Numbered from the stretch's first letter, positions 18,125 through 28,345 are shown. The stretch is DNA of 64,000 bases from a virus (IMGVR_UViG_2795385816_000003:7520-71519); one strand, 5' to 3'. Numbers and translations are program-made. Notes: generated by a model from the sequence alone, not told the origin.

Positions 18125-19030
18125 CTATGGGGTGGAGGTCTGTTCGCGCTGTTGCGCATCCATGTGGCGCAGTACCGCTTTGAAGTCGATCGCGCCGTAC
18201 TTGCCCTTGGTTTGGCCCGCCTCGCGAGTGGCGGTCACCGCTGCCGCGTATTGCTTGTCCCACTGCTCGACGTATGACGGCGGCTCGTAGGACCCGCCTG
18301 GGCGCACCGCCACCGCGATGCAGTGGCACCAGTCGTGATACTTGTCGCCGTACTGCTGTGAGCCGCGCAGCGCACCGACACGGGCATCGCCGACCTGCCG
18401 TCCGCGTTTGCCCGCCTCGCGCGCCGAGCGGAACGTAGAGCGTTGGGCCAGGGCTTCGTCGCGGGTCATCTGTCCGGCTGCGATGGCGCGCCGGTCCGAT
18501 GTCTCCAAGTTCACGCTGCGACCAGTGACCCCCAGGGCCGACGCCTCGGACGTGTACACCGCGCCGCGTGTGGCGAGCATCTTGCAGAAGTTGCACGCGT
18601 TCGCCGAGGCGTAGCGGGCCCACCGAGCGCCGGTCTCGCGCTCCACATTGTCAGAGATGGTGCGCCGCGACTGATCGAACACCGAGCGCGTCGCCGAGCC
18701 CTGTAAAGCCTCAACACGCTTGCCCTGCGTCAGTGACCAGCGCCCCGAAATGGCTAGCGCCTCAACATCGAGCAGGGGAGCGGCCACCGTTTCAAACGCG
18801 GGCGCTGACGGCGCCACGACCACCGGCTGAGCTTCGTACCAGGCCTGCGTCAGGTCATTGGACGCGGCCAGGTACGGCGTCACCACTTCCGGGTAGGCGG
18901 CGGTGATATACGCCATCTGCTCCACCGGCTGCATTCCGGCGATGCGGGCCAGTAGGTCTGCGATTTCCACGCCCAGCTCGACGGTGAGCCGAGTCAGGAG
19001 TAGCTGAAACTCAGCTGCCTCGGTTGGCAT
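18125..19030 (-). CDS. MuF-like minor capsid / head morphogenesis protein
   Basis: 301 aa directly downstream of portal with 20-nt overlap; position conserved in actinophages. Confidence 0.45.
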   Translation of the reverse strand: MPTEAAEFQLLLTRLTVELGVEIADLLARIAGMQPVEQMAYITAAYPEVVTPYLAASNDLTQAWYEAQPVVVAPSAPAFETVAAPLLDVEALAISGRWSLTQGKRVEALQGSATRSVFDQSRRTISDNVERETGARWARYASANACNFCKMLATRGAVYTSEASALGVTGRSVNLETSDRRAIAAGQMTRDEALAQRSTFRSAREAGKRGRQVGDARVGALRGSQQYGDKYHDWCHCIAVAVRPGGSYEPPSYVEQWDKQYAAAVTATREAGQTKGKYGAIDFKAVLRHMDAQQREQTSTP

Positions 19031-20489
19031 CCACCAACTCCGGCGTCACGCCCTGCGGCGGTGGGGGAACCTCTTGCACAGGCGAATTCGCCAACCGGTC
19101 GACCAGCTTGGTGACCGTGTTCTGTCGGCGTTCCTGTCCCATGATCTTCTGGTCTGCCTCGGAAATACCGACCTCGCGGTACGTGACCTTGGAATTGGGC
19201 TCCAGGACATCGGATGCGATCAGCTTGGAAACCCGGTCGGCGTCCGATGCGGGTGTGGGCGTGGCAGGGTTGAGCCAGTTCGGTGCGACGCCGCTGACAG
19301 CGGCCATCGTCGCCTGCGGGTCACGATGCTTGACGATCAGGTAAGCCACCTGGCGCCATGCCCGCGACCACATACGCTGGCGCAGCAAGGCGCGCTTGAC
19401 TAGCCGCGACTCCAGCACGCGCACCGCGTCCGCAGACGGCGGGTTGTCGGTGGCGAAGCCAAGGTAGTTCCATGGGATCGCCGACTCAGCCGAGACGTGT
19501 TGTAGGTAGTGCTTGATCTGCTCGATATACGGTGTCGGCGGCGCCGGAGTGAACTGGCCGACCTCCGGCATGGGGTCGCCCGGCTCTGGCGGCGGAATGA
19601 AGTTCATCCGCGACATGGCCACGTTCCACTGCTTGACCAGCTTCTCGCCCGCCGGGGTGCTCTCGTCAATGCCGAACTGGGCCGGGTCAACGCCAAGGCC
19701 GTACCGCTGTGGCGCGGTGTAGAACTCGCGGTTGATTTCCATGCCGAGCAAGGTGCGGCCGATAGCCTCGGTCGCATACCGCACAGGCGGGGTTATCTCA
19801 GAGCGGCCGCGAATGTCGGAGGGCCGCTCACGGTTCGGGAACTGGACAATAGGCACCACGCCGAGGTTGTGGTCATCGCGCTGAACCTCGGTGACACGGC
19901 CATCGCCGCCGCGCGGCAACGTCACCGTTGCCTGCGGGGTGTACAGCACTTCGGCAGTCACGGCGGCGGTCAGTGGGTCACGGCGCTGGATCAGGCCAGC
20001 AGCCTCGATACGGCGCCGGGAATCCCACAGCACAGTCGTTTCCATAGGGGACTCAGCACCGACCACCACAGCGGGCTCATTCAGCTCTTGATCGCCGGTA
20101 CCGACACTGACAAAGCCCATGCCGCAGATCAGCGAATCGACCGCCTGACGGGCCTGCTCAACCTCAAGGGCATTGTCCCGGTATGCCTCATCCAAGACGG
20201 TGCTGTCGCCGTCGAGCACCGACCAGCCGTCCCACTCGACGCGCTCAGCGAGCACGTCGACCACAATGCCGGGCGTGCCGACAAACACCTCAAGGTCAGC
20301 AAGGTGCGGCGGCACCGCGATATCCAGATTGCGCGCCTTGTGCTTGCCCTCGTACAGCGTGTACTTCTTCTCGTTGGCGCGGCGAGCCTGAGCCAACTGG
20401 CTGCGCAGCCGTCCGAGGTACTGGACTTCCTGACCGGACAACTCGCCGGTGTCCATGAAGCGGGCCAGGTCTGCGGGCGGTGCAACCAT
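19011..20489 (-). CDS. portal protein
   Basis: 492 aa, immediately downstream of large terminase (1-nt spacing). Confidence 0.6.
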   Translation of the reverse strand: MVAPPADLARFMDTGELSGQEVQYLGRLRSQLAQARRANEKKYTLYEGKHKARNLDIAVPPHLADLEVFVGTPGIVVDVLAERVEWDGWSVLDGDSTVLDEAYRDNALEVEQARQAVDSLICGMGFVSVGTGDQELNEPAVVVGAESPMETTVLWDSRRRIEAAGLIQRRDPLTAAVTAEVLYTPQATVTLPRGGDGRVTEVQRDDHNLGVVPIVQFPNRERPSDIRGRSEITPPVRYATEAIGRTLLGMEINREFYTAPQRYGLGVDPAQFGIDESTPAGEKLVKQWNVAMSRMNFIPPPEPGDPMPEVGQFTPAPPTPYIEQIKHYLQHVSAESAIPWNYLGFATDNPPSADAVRVLESRLVKRALLRQRMWSRAWRQVAYLIVKHRDPQATMAAVSGVAPNWLNPATPTPASDADRVSKLIASDVLEPNSKVTYREVGISEADQKIMGQERRQNTVTKLVDRLANSPVQEVPPPPQGVTPELVDANRGS

Positions 20490-22337
20490 CTAGTACACCG
20501 CCTTTCTGGTGGTCCTTTTCCGAGGTCCGTTAGTGGTTGCGCCAAGTAGCGCAAGGCTTCCCGACACCAGAGGCGCAATGTTCACGGCGTCATCCGATCG
20601 GTCCCAGCCGAAGCCGCCTGCGTCGCGGATGGGCCGCTTCTGGGCCCCGGCGACTGCCTTGGTGAGTGCTTCCTGACCGCTATGGGTCAGCAGTGGTAGG
20701 CCGTCGTCCAAAAGTTCGGAGTCGATCGCATCCATCCAGGCGCCGCAGGCTTTGGCCATGTCCTGCGCTGTGGTTTGGCGAGCCCGGCACCGCCTGGCCA
20801 GCAGATCGGGCAGTAGCGCCGACGCGGGCGAAGCTGAATCGATCAGGATGTCAATGCGTTTCGATGTCTCGACCAACCAGTTTTTGCCGGCCGAAATGTC
20901 GAAGCCGCTCCACACCTCTTCGACGTGGACGCGCCCACCTTCGAGCACCCACGCTGCCGAAATGGACAGCTCGCGCCCATGTGACATGTCAACACCGATC
21001 GCCGAGGGCGTCACATCGCTGTCTGGACCAATGTCGATCGCCGAGGCCCACAGGCGCTTTGAAATGATGAGCTTGGTCCTGACGATCTTGTCCCAGATGC
21101 CGAGACCTTCCCGCAGGAATGAGGCCTCGCCAAGGATCTTGCGCATGCGGCGCACCGCGCGCTCACTGACGCGGTTCGGGAACGCCGGAATGGCCTTGCG
21201 CCACTGAGTCTTGTCACTCGGGTCGCAGCCACGGTCCGCCGAAAACTCGACGTACAGCGACTCACGCGGCACATCGTCGTCATCGTCATCGAGCCCGGCA
21301 TAGTCTTCGTCGTCGGCCTCGATACCAGCATCGAGACGCTGAGTGGTGAAAAACTCGCTCGGGTCCTCCGGCTTGGGCGGTGTGCCCATCGTCAAAATGA
21401 GCGGGTTCTTCGCAACATTCGTAGATGGCGTCATGTCATCGAGCGCCTTCGACGTAAGGATCTGTGCCTCATCGAAAATCAGCACGCCGATGTTCGGGAA
21501 GCCGCGACCAAAGCCGCGCTCGCGGGCGCCGAACATGATCACCGAACCATTGGTGAACAGGATCTTTTCGTCACCCGAGCCGCTGTAAATCCGCTTGATG
21601 TACGGCTTTACGCTCGGCATGTCGGCCAAGCCCTGCATCGACTCGAAAGTCTCGCGCGCCGTCTTGAACAGGTGCGCGGTCCAGATGCACCGCAGGCCGG
21701 GGTATTTGATGCACAGCGCAAACACAATTGCGCCGATCAGGTAGGTCTTACCTGACTGGCGCGGTATCGAGATGGCCGTCGTGTCCGAGGCGTACAGGCC
21801 GTCCGGCCGCTTCGCCAAGATCAGGCGACCCAGGTCGTCTTGCCAGTCATCGAATTCGATGCCCAGCACGCGGCATATCTCGCAGATCGATGGCCACTCG
21901 GTAGTGACCATGTTCTCTGGCGGCACCACATAGCGGGCCTTGGCGTACAGCGCCGGGGCCTCGACGTTCGTATCGTCGGGTACCTTCACCGCGTGCGCGA
22001 TCGGGTCCGTTTCACCCGACAGCTGATCCAAGATGGCGATGTCTTCGGCGATATCCAGCAGACGCCGCGACAGCGCCGCCAAGTCGCGAATCGGGGTGTC
22101 AGCACGGTCGACGGCGGTCGCCACCCGAACGCGCATCTTGCCCAAAAGCTCGCGGCGTTCCTTGCGTGACTCGGGGCCGTCGTCAAGGTCGCGCAGAATC
22201 TCCAGTAGCCGCTGCGACAGCGACGCCAGCTCGCGGGTATTGGTCTCCGGGTCAAGCACAACCGGCGAAAGGCGGTCGCGCATCGACTCCAGCAGGTCGG
22301 TCTGGTCACCCTCGCGAGCGGCCAGCATCACCGACAT
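20490..22337 (-). CDS. terminase large subunit
   Basis: 615 aa; ATPase-like segment QSGKTYLIGAIVFA and later acidic nuclease-like motifs; first gene of structural array. Confidence 0.65.
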   Translation of the reverse strand: MSVMLAAREGDQTDLLESMRDRLSPVVLDPETNTRELASLSQRLLEILRDLDDGPESRKERRELLGKMRVRVATAVDRADTPIRDLAALSRRLLDIAEDIAILDQLSGETDPIAHAVKVPDDTNVEAPALYAKARYVVPPENMVTTEWPSICEICRVLGIEFDDWQDDLGRLILAKRPDGLYASDTTAISIPRQSGKTYLIGAIVFALCIKYPGLRCIWTAHLFKTARETFESMQGLADMPSVKPYIKRIYSGSGDEKILFTNGSVIMFGARERGFGRGFPNIGVLIFDEAQILTSKALDDMTPSTNVAKNPLILTMGTPPKPEDPSEFFTTQRLDAGIEADDEDYAGLDDDDDDVPRESLYVEFSADRGCDPSDKTQWRKAIPAFPNRVSERAVRRMRKILGEASFLREGLGIWDKIVRTKLIISKRLWASAIDIGPDSDVTPSAIGVDMSHGRELSISAAWVLEGGRVHVEEVWSGFDISAGKNWLVETSKRIDILIDSASPASALLPDLLARRCRARQTTAQDMAKACGAWMDAIDSELLDDGLPLLTHSGQEALTKAVAGAQKRPIRDAGGFGWDRSDDAVNIAPLVSGSLALLGATTNGPRKRTTRKAVY

Positions 22338-22344
22338 TGGTCGG

Positions 22345-22596
22345 CTATCCCTCGACCCAGCGAATCGACGGCTCGCCGCCAGCGATAGTCACCTCGGCGA
22401 TACGCGCGCCATAGCCCTGATTTCGATACCGGGTCCGCTGAGCCTTGGCAGCGGCGAACGTGTTGTACGACCGGCACGCTGGCTTGTGCCGATAGCTGCC
22501 GGTGTAGCTGCCCGTGTCTAGGCCGTCGTCAGCGCGGAACTTGAGCACCAAAAACAGCCCGTCACCCTGGGCATTCGCGTACATCGGCATCGCCAT
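22345..22596 (-). CDS. hypothetical protein upstream of terminase (possible small terminase substitute)
   Basis: 83-aa ORF between HNH and large terminase. Confidence 0.3.
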   Translation of the reverse strand: MAMPMYANAQGDGLFLVLKFRADDGLDTGSYTGSYRHKPACRSYNTFAAAKAQRTRYRNQGYGARIAEVTIAGGEPSIRWVEG

Positions 22597-22792
22597 TTCG
22601 TCGTCAGTAACCGCACCGGGGTTTGGCGGAAAATGTGGTATGTAAATGCCCGCCTATGCCATGAGGTGCAGCTAGGCGGCAGGGGAGGGGGAATCCCCTG
22701 GTCAGAGGCTTGCGCGACGCGGCCAGCGTCAGCGGCAGTGCCTGTGACCTGTGAAAATACTCGAGTACAGCAAACGGTGCATCATTTTTCAG

Positions 22793-23071
22793 CTACCACC
22801 ACTTGCGTTCGGTGACGAAGTTGGCGCCGATGTCTTCGGGCAGCTTGTCGCTTTTGTCCCGGTTGCACTGTCGGTGCGATGGCACCTTGTTGTCCAGTGT
22901 GTCTGTGCCGCCCTTGGATAAGGGGATGAGGTGGTCAACCTGATAGCTCAGTGGCTCAAGGTGATTGGCTTCGTAGTCGATGGGCTCGCCGCAGTGGTGG
23001 CATGGTGGTCGTCCACGGGCGAGGTAGCGCCTGTGCTTGTCTCGTAGCGTGGTGTTGCGCCGCACTGTCAT
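22793..23071 (-). CDS. HNH endonuclease (terminase-associated)
   Basis: CHHCGEPIDYEANHLEPLSYQVDHLIPLSKGGTDTLDNKVPSHRQCNRDKSDK: canonical HNH/His-Me finger. Confidence 0.7.
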   Translation of the reverse strand: MTVRRNTTLRDKHRRYLARGRPPCHHCGEPIDYEANHLEPLSYQVDHLIPLSKGGTDTLDNKVPSHRQCNRDKSDKLPEDIGANFVTERKWW

Positions 23072-23445
23072 TGCGGTACAGCCACACTCACGTTGCCGCT
23101 GGCGTCGACGGTGAATCTGTAGCCGAGCTGTGCAACAACTGCGCGCAAGATCTTGTTGAGCCGGTCCGCTTCTCGTAGCGCCTGCTCTGCCTTCCTGAGT
23201 GCATCACTGGCATCCGCATTGGCGTAGTCGGCGGTAGCGCCTGGGGAGTGGTCCACGGCTGCTACCGGGCCCTTTCTAGGGCCTCGGTGATGCGGTCTAT
23301 TTCGTCGTTGGCCCAGTCTTGGCCAGAGGTGTCGTCTTCGATGATTGCCTGTGCCCGTATGCGTTCTGCGTCGCGCAGTGCTCGCATTAGGCCAGCGCTC
23401 ATCTGCGGGCGAGTGCCCTTGTTGCGTGCTCAGCCTTGGCGACAT
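23068..23445 (-). CDS. hypothetical protein
   Basis: 125-aa ORF, 4-nt overlap with HNH. Confidence 0.25.
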   Translation of the reverse strand: MSPRLSTQQGHSPADERWPNASTARRRTHTGTGNHRRRHLWPRLGQRRNRPHHRGPRKGPVAAVDHSPGATADYANADASDALRKAEQALREADRLNKILRAVVAQLGYRFTVDASGNVSVAVPQ

Positions 23446-23638
23446 CGAGCAGCCGGTAGAGCTTGCGGCCGCGATCGTCTATGCCGCACTGTGGCAGCCT
23501 GGTCTTGCACTTGGCGGGGCCGTAGCCGCGCGAAGCCCATTGGCGGACAGTGACGGATCGGACACCGCAGATGGTGGACGCTTCTTCGGCGGTGACGAGT
23601 GATTCGGCGCCATCCGGCGCGAGTACCGCAGTCATGAA
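23399..23638 (-). CDS. helix-turn-helix DNA-binding protein (MerR/Xis-like)
   Basis: Internal start MTAVLAPDG...; HTH-like ICGVRSVTVRQWASRGYGP. Confidence 0.3.
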   Translation of the reverse strand, partial: FMTAVLAPDGAESLVTAEEASTICGVRSVTVRQWASRGYGPAKCKTRLPQCGIDDRGRKLYRLLDVAKAEHATRALARR

Positions 23639-23762
23639 CTCCCCTGAAATGCGAAAACCCCTCCGCGCGGGCGAAGGGGTCCGGTGTTTGGGTATAGATC
23701 TGTCAGTCGCACCCATAGTACATGTAACACAGGACATTCCGCATCTCGCACTTGCGGGCGTG

Positions 23763-24449
23763 TCAGGGTTGGCCATGCGCCTCGGTCACAAGCTCTTCGA
23801 GCACGATCGATGTCCACAGAGGGTAGTGCTCGCTGCGTATCTGCGTCTGGCAGTTGCCGCACTCAATCCAGTCGCGTTGTACGTCGATGTAGCGCGTCAG
23901 GGTCCGCATGTCGCAGTCGGGGCATGGTGTTGGCAGGGCGATACGTGGCCGCGTCAGGCCGAGCTGGCTGCGGACTTTCGAGTGCAGCCCATGCCATTCG
24001 GCGATGATGTCCGGCGCCCATTCCTGGCGGCACAGCTTGTCGATGCGCACCGACAGGTAGGTGTGTGCGGCGATGACGGCGGCGCGCTCACTGGGGTAGT
24101 CCTCGCCGGGGGCCTCGTGCCCCTGCTCGGCCAGCGTGCTTGCGAGGTTGTCATGCGCTGCCCGTAGGCATATGGCGATCTTCGTGAGCATGTCCGAAGC
24201 CCATTCGGCCGGGTGGCCGTAGTCCTTGACCTTGGCGCCGCGCATCTTGTCGCCCTTGTTGGGTGCCGGGAGCTGATGCAGCTGAACCCAATCGAGCACA
24301 ACACGCTCCAGTGCGGTGCCGACGCGGCGCTGGCAGCTGGGGCACATGCCGTCCGGCGTGTGGGCTGGCTTGCCGTTGTCGCGCTTGCAATCCGGGTGCG
24401 CGCACAGCTCGACGGTGCTGCCCTTGGCGATGGTGGTCATGTCATGCAA
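23763..24449 (-). CDS. hypothetical Cys-rich protein
   Basis: 228 aa; CAHPDC, CPSC, CPDC, CGNC pairs suggest zinc binding. Confidence 0.3.
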   Translation of the reverse strand: MHDMTTIAKGSTVELCAHPDCKRDNGKPAHTPDGMCPSCQRRVGTALERVVLDWVQLHQLPAPNKGDKMRGAKVKDYGHPAEWASDMLTKIAICLRAAHDNLASTLAEQGHEAPGEDYPSERAAVIAAHTYLSVRIDKLCRQEWAPDIIAEWHGLHSKVRSQLGLTRPRIALPTPCPDCDMRTLTRYIDVQRDWIECGNCQTQIRSEHYPLWTSIVLEELVTEAHGQP

Positions 24450-24855
24450 TCCCTTCGGCTCGTGCTCGGATCTGTGTCACGGTGTCGTAGATGGTTTTCC
24501 GGACGGCCATTTCGTCGGTTCCGATCACCTTGACGAATCGGTCGGTGGCTTCGACCACGGTGGCCTTGCCGGGGTGGGCGCCTTCGTATGTCCAGCCGTC
24601 GATGTCGTAGACCTGCTCAAAGGCGCCAACCGGTGTCCACTCGTAGCCGTAGAGAAGGACTTCACTCTGCACCCACTGGCGGGCCAGGGTGTCCGTCTGC
24701 TCGTCTGTCTCCCACTCCGTGACCTGGGCATCACCGCCGTAGTAGGCGGTGTTATTCCATGCGGTGGCAAGCTTTTCGGCCCGTTCCTTGTCGGTGAGCA
24801 CCCGTTGAATCTGGTAGTCCGAATAGCTGCCGGTGGTGACGATGTAGACCTTCAT
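24442..24855 (-). CDS. hypothetical protein
   Basis: 137-aa ORF. Confidence 0.3.
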   Translation of the reverse strand: MKVYIVTTGSYSDYQIQRVLTDKERAEKLATAWNNTAYYGGDAQVTEWETDEQTDTLARQWVQSEVLLYGYEWTPVGAFEQVYDIDGWTYEGAHPGKATVVEATDRFVKVIGTDEMAVRKTIYDTVTQIRARAEGIA

Positions 24856-25355
24856 CGGTCGACTCGCATGGACTCGATGACCCGCACGGTGTCATCAGCG
24901 CTGTCTGGCCTGAAGCTGAACTCGATGGATTGTGTTCCGTCGCCGTGGGTGTGGGTGCTGATCGATCGGACTTCACCGGTCAGGACTACGCCGTTGATCC
25001 ACAGCGTGCGACGCGTGGGTGGCGGGGCGACGGGCGACGGCGGTAGGGCGTCGATCGCGGCGTACAGCCTAGCCGCTTCGTCAGATTCGAACCGTATGGG
25101 GCCCGATGATGCGGCGAGTAGCGCCGAGTCGTCGCGAATGGTGGTGATCGCATCGGCCACCCTTCGGTCCTGCAGGCCTGCCCAGTGGGCCTCGGCGTAT
25201 GCCTGGCCATTGGGATGCCCCAGCCCTATTAGGCACCAACCGCCTTGATCGTCCTCCCTGTACCAGACGAGACCACCAGCGTTGGCGTACCGCCATTGAC
25301 CTTCGACGGTGCCCTTAAGGAATCCGGCGCTGCTGTCCCAGGCGATCGCGCTCAT
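24852..25355 (-). CDS. hypothetical protein
   Basis: ATG at 25355 overlaps stop of upstream gene (MSAIAWDSSAGF...). Confidence 0.3.
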   Translation of the reverse strand: MSAIAWDSSAGFLKGTVEGQWRYANAGGLVWYREDDQGGWCLIGLGHPNGQAYAEAHWAGLQDRRVADAITTIRDDSALLAASSGPIRFESDEAARLYAAIDALPPSPVAPPPTRRTLWINGVVLTGEVRSISTHTHGDGTQSIEFSFRPDSADDTVRVIESMRVDR

Positions 25356-25843
25356 GCTGACACCTCGGCGGCTGCCGGGGCCTTGTCCTCGGTGCGAGCC
25401 ACATGGGCAGCTGGCGCGGTGGCGAGAACTCGCCGCGCCGGAGGATCTGCCAGGTAGTCGATGGCCCGTCGCAACGCCTCGGGTCCGTATCGGCCAATGA
25501 CGACGTGGTTGCATGTCGTGCACAGCAGGCCGCGCACAGCTTCGCGTGTGTTCCCGAGCTTGTGGTCATGGTCGACGGCCAGCCGCTTCGTGATGCCCTT
25601 GGCCCGTCCGCAGATGGCGCAGGCACCGCCCTGCACGGCCAGAATCGCTTCGTATTCGGTCTCCGTGATGCCGTATGTGTTCTCGACCATCCGGCCATGG
25701 TTCTTGCGGCGGACGGCCTTCTGGCGGGCCCTGCGGTGCGTTTCGCAGCGGGGGCCGGGCCACGGGGCAGGCCGCAGTGTTGTGACGCCCTCGGCAAGGC
25801 AGTCCTTGCATTTGGGCTTCGGCTTGGACTTCGTGGTGGTCAT
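25352..25843 (-). CDS. recombination endonuclease VII-type resolvase
   Basis: CKDC...CETH then GGACAICGRAKGITKRLAVDHDHKLGNTREAVRGLLCTTCN matches the Endo VII zinc/HNH-like signature; start chosen at MTTTKSK (25843). Confidence 0.55.
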   Translation of the reverse strand: MTTTKSKPKPKCKDCLAEGVTTLRPAPWPGPRCETHRRARQKAVRRKNHGRMVENTYGITETEYEAILAVQGGACAICGRAKGITKRLAVDHDHKLGNTREAVRGLLCTTCNHVVIGRYGPEALRRAIDYLADPPARRVLATAPAAHVARTEDKAPAAAEVSA

Positions 25844-25898
25844 CTCAATCCCTTCGATGGTGGTTGTTAACTGACTTCTGGGCTTTGCAGGGGTGGAG

Positions 25899-26087
25899 GT
25901 GGTGGAGGCGCCTCCACCCTGTCGACGCCCCTCTGATTCGCCTGACCTGGGCGAGGGCCTATACACGTGAATGAGTGTTATATGCATGTTTATATATATG
26001 ACCAGCTAGAGACGTTTATTAGGTTGACCTTGGCGGGGGCAAGTGGAGGCGGTGGGGGCAGTGATGTGGTGGAGGCGCCTCCACCAC
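25899..26087. promoter_or_regulatory. intergenic element: two copies of GC palindrome GGTGGAGGCGCCTCCACC flanking an AT-rich core (candidate ori or terminator/promoter pair)
   Basis: Palindromes at 25901-25918 and 26068-26085; AT-rich 25960-26030 (gtgttatatgcatgtttatatatatgac) in a ~65% GC background. Confidence 0.4.
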
Positions 26088-26105
26088 CTCCGGTGTTTGC
26101 TGGAG

Positions 26106-27779
26106 TCATGACCAGGCCCACCGATCAGCACGACCATTGGCGGCGATGACATGGGCCTTGCTGTCGTGCTGTAGGAACACGAGCGCCTGCTCCGTGAACG
26201 GCTGTAGCCGCTTGGTGAGCTTGTGGCGTATCTCGCGGGCGGTGTAGCCGTCATCCCCGGCCTTCTCCAGCAGCTCGGACACCTTCGCGATGCACCGAGC
26301 CATCAGGGCCCCGTCTTCGACCGCCTTCTCGATGTCAGCCGCCGACTTGGCCACACCTTGCAGGCGCCCTTTCTGGCGCGCCTCTTCGGCTTCGGAAGCC
26401 GCCAGCTGGTCGAGCACCCATTGGCGCACCGCGTCGGACACCGCCGCCGCGACCCCGGATAGACGCCAGTCCTGCGAATCCATCGCCGATCGGCCGTCCA
26501 GGATGGCCAAGGCGTAGGCGAACTTCTCGCGGGCGAATAAGGCATGCGAATTGAGTGCCGCCGTCTCACCGCGCGCCTGGGAGGCCCGCGTGGTCACAAT
26601 CAGGCCCTCGCACTCCGATGGCACCCGCAGGGTGGTCGGATACTGCCAATCGGTCAGCCGTGGCAGATGCAAGGCGCCGTTGAATGTGGGCCGCACCGCA
26701 GCGATCCGAGGATCGGTCGCCGGGAACCACATAAACCGCTGCGGTGTCCCGCCATCGGCGTCGGCGAACATGGCCCGCGTCCGGCCCGGCTGGGCGGCGC
26801 ACACCAGCGTCATCCGATACGAGTGCGCCGGAAGCACCGGCAGCCGATTGCCTTTCCGGTACGCGAAGCCCAGCGAGCCGCCCGTGAACGCTGACCGCAG
26901 GATCGGCATCACCGTCGAACCGCTGCGCCCGGCCACCGCCGAATACGAGTCAATCTCATCGACAGAGAACAGAATCGAGCGGTGACCCGCCACCGGGTCC
27001 TTGACCGTGCCGTCGTCGTTGCGCTCGCCGAAGGCCTCGATAAGGCCCTCGCCGCTGCCCAGGTTCAGCGTCTTGACCTGATGCGGTATCAGCTCTTCGG
27101 CGATTTCCATCGCCGTTGACTTGCCGCCGCCGGATTCAGCGGCCAGCATCGCGAACCAGTTCAGCGAGCCGCCACGGGAACCGATGATGGCGGGCAGCTT
27201 GATGTGTGGATCGACCAGCGCCAGGGCCCGTGCCGCGCAGCAGGCCAGCACCGCCCACGGTGAACACATGCCGGCAAGGGCAGCGGTATACACCGTGCTC
27301 AGCGACGTGCGGGACTGCCAAAAGTCGCCTTCGTAGTCGCGTACGTCAATCCGCGGTGGTTCGGTCGGAGGCGGCACGTCGACCGGCGCCGCCGCCGTCA
27401 TCGCATAGCTGGTGTTCTCGGCGTACCGGGGCTGCTGCTTGCCGGACTCCAAGCCGCTGCGGATGGTGCGCTCAATCTCGCGGTCCGTCATCGGCGTTCC
27501 CGCCGTCGACCGCGCCGCCGCCGTCAACGAATCGATTACCTCGAGTTCGTCAAGCCCGTGTGGCACGAGCTGGCCGAGGTTGAACGCCGAAATGTTCAGC
27601 TGGTCATTGCGTCTGCCTTCCCCGGTGGAGGCCATCTCCACCATTTCCTGCTCAAGAGCCGCCCGATAGTAGGGGGCGGTGTCACGGGCTGTGGACGCCG
27701 TGCGGGGCATCGGGCGGCGCTCCGGCTTGAGCCCGATACCAAGGCGTTCCATGTTCTCGAATAGGTCATCACCGCTCAC
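26106..27779 (-). CDS. P-loop NTPase of primase-helicase type (DUF3987-like)
   Basis: 557 aa; Walker A AESGGGKST; adjacent to PrimPol-like gene and ori-like region. Confidence 0.45.
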   Translation of the reverse strand: MSGDDLFENMERLGIGLKPERRPMPRTASTARDTAPYYRAALEQEMVEMASTGEGRRNDQLNISAFNLGQLVPHGLDELEVIDSLTAAARSTAGTPMTDREIERTIRSGLESGKQQPRYAENTSYAMTAAAPVDVPPPTEPPRIDVRDYEGDFWQSRTSLSTVYTAALAGMCSPWAVLACCAARALALVDPHIKLPAIIGSRGGSLNWFAMLAAESGGGKSTAMEIAEELIPHQVKTLNLGSGEGLIEAFGERNDDGTVKDPVAGHRSILFSVDEIDSYSAVAGRSGSTVMPILRSAFTGGSLGFAYRKGNRLPVLPAHSYRMTLVCAAQPGRTRAMFADADGGTPQRFMWFPATDPRIAAVRPTFNGALHLPRLTDWQYPTTLRVPSECEGLIVTTRASQARGETAALNSHALFAREKFAYALAILDGRSAMDSQDWRLSGVAAAVSDAVRQWVLDQLAASEAEEARQKGRLQGVAKSAADIEKAVEDGALMARCIAKVSELLEKAGDDGYTAREIRHKLTKRLQPFTEQALVFLQHDSKAHVIAANGRADRWAWS

Positions 27780-28345
27780 AGGCCTTCAACCCCGCGAATC
27801 GCATCGACCAGCCACTCCGGATGCACGTCGGCGCCGCGCTGCGGCACTTGCACCGGCAGATCCGGATTACTGCCAGCCCATCGGCTGAGCATCTCGCGCT
27901 GCCACGGCTGTAACTCTGGTGCGCCGTCCCATATCCCTAACTCGATAAGGGCGTTGTAGGTGTTGGCGATGCTGCGGTACGCCCGTCTCATCGGGTCACT
28001 AAGTCTCGCAAACGAATCCGCCACACGGCCGCGACCCATCGAGTACCGCATCGGCCAGCGATACCGGTCGTGCCAGCGGTACCGGATGCGTTGCGGCCCT
28101 GTGGCGAACGCGCCAGGGCAGCGCAGTGAGCGCCCATGGTGGTGCTGGTCATATTCGCCGAGGTGCTCATAGTCGATGCCAGTCCACGGGGAGCCGTGCC
28201 AGGCGCCTCTACATAGGGCGCACCGGTCCAGGGCGCCGACTGCCGCCTCGGTGCGCTCGATGGCGGCGCATTCGCCGCCCGCCATCTGCTCATCGACCAG
28301 CGCGTCGATAGCGTCCAGCACCGACTGTTCCGGGTTAGCGGTCAT
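27776..28345 (-). CDS. hypothetical protein
   Basis: 189-aa ORF, translationally coupled. Confidence 0.3.
   Translation of the reverse strand: MTANPEQSVLDAIDALVDEQMAGGECAAIERTEAAVGALDRCALCRGAWHGSPWTGIDYEHLGEYDQHHHGRSLRCPGAFATGPQRIRYRWHDRYRWPMRYSMGRGRVADSFARLSDPMRRAYRSIANTYNALIELGIWDGAPELQPWQREMLSRWAGSNPDLPVQVPQRGADVHPEWLVDAIRGVEGL

Noticed and set aside
22345-22596. Calling the 83-aa gene upstream of the large terminase a small terminase
   Set aside because: No HTH or typical small-terminase features visible. Left as hypothetical.
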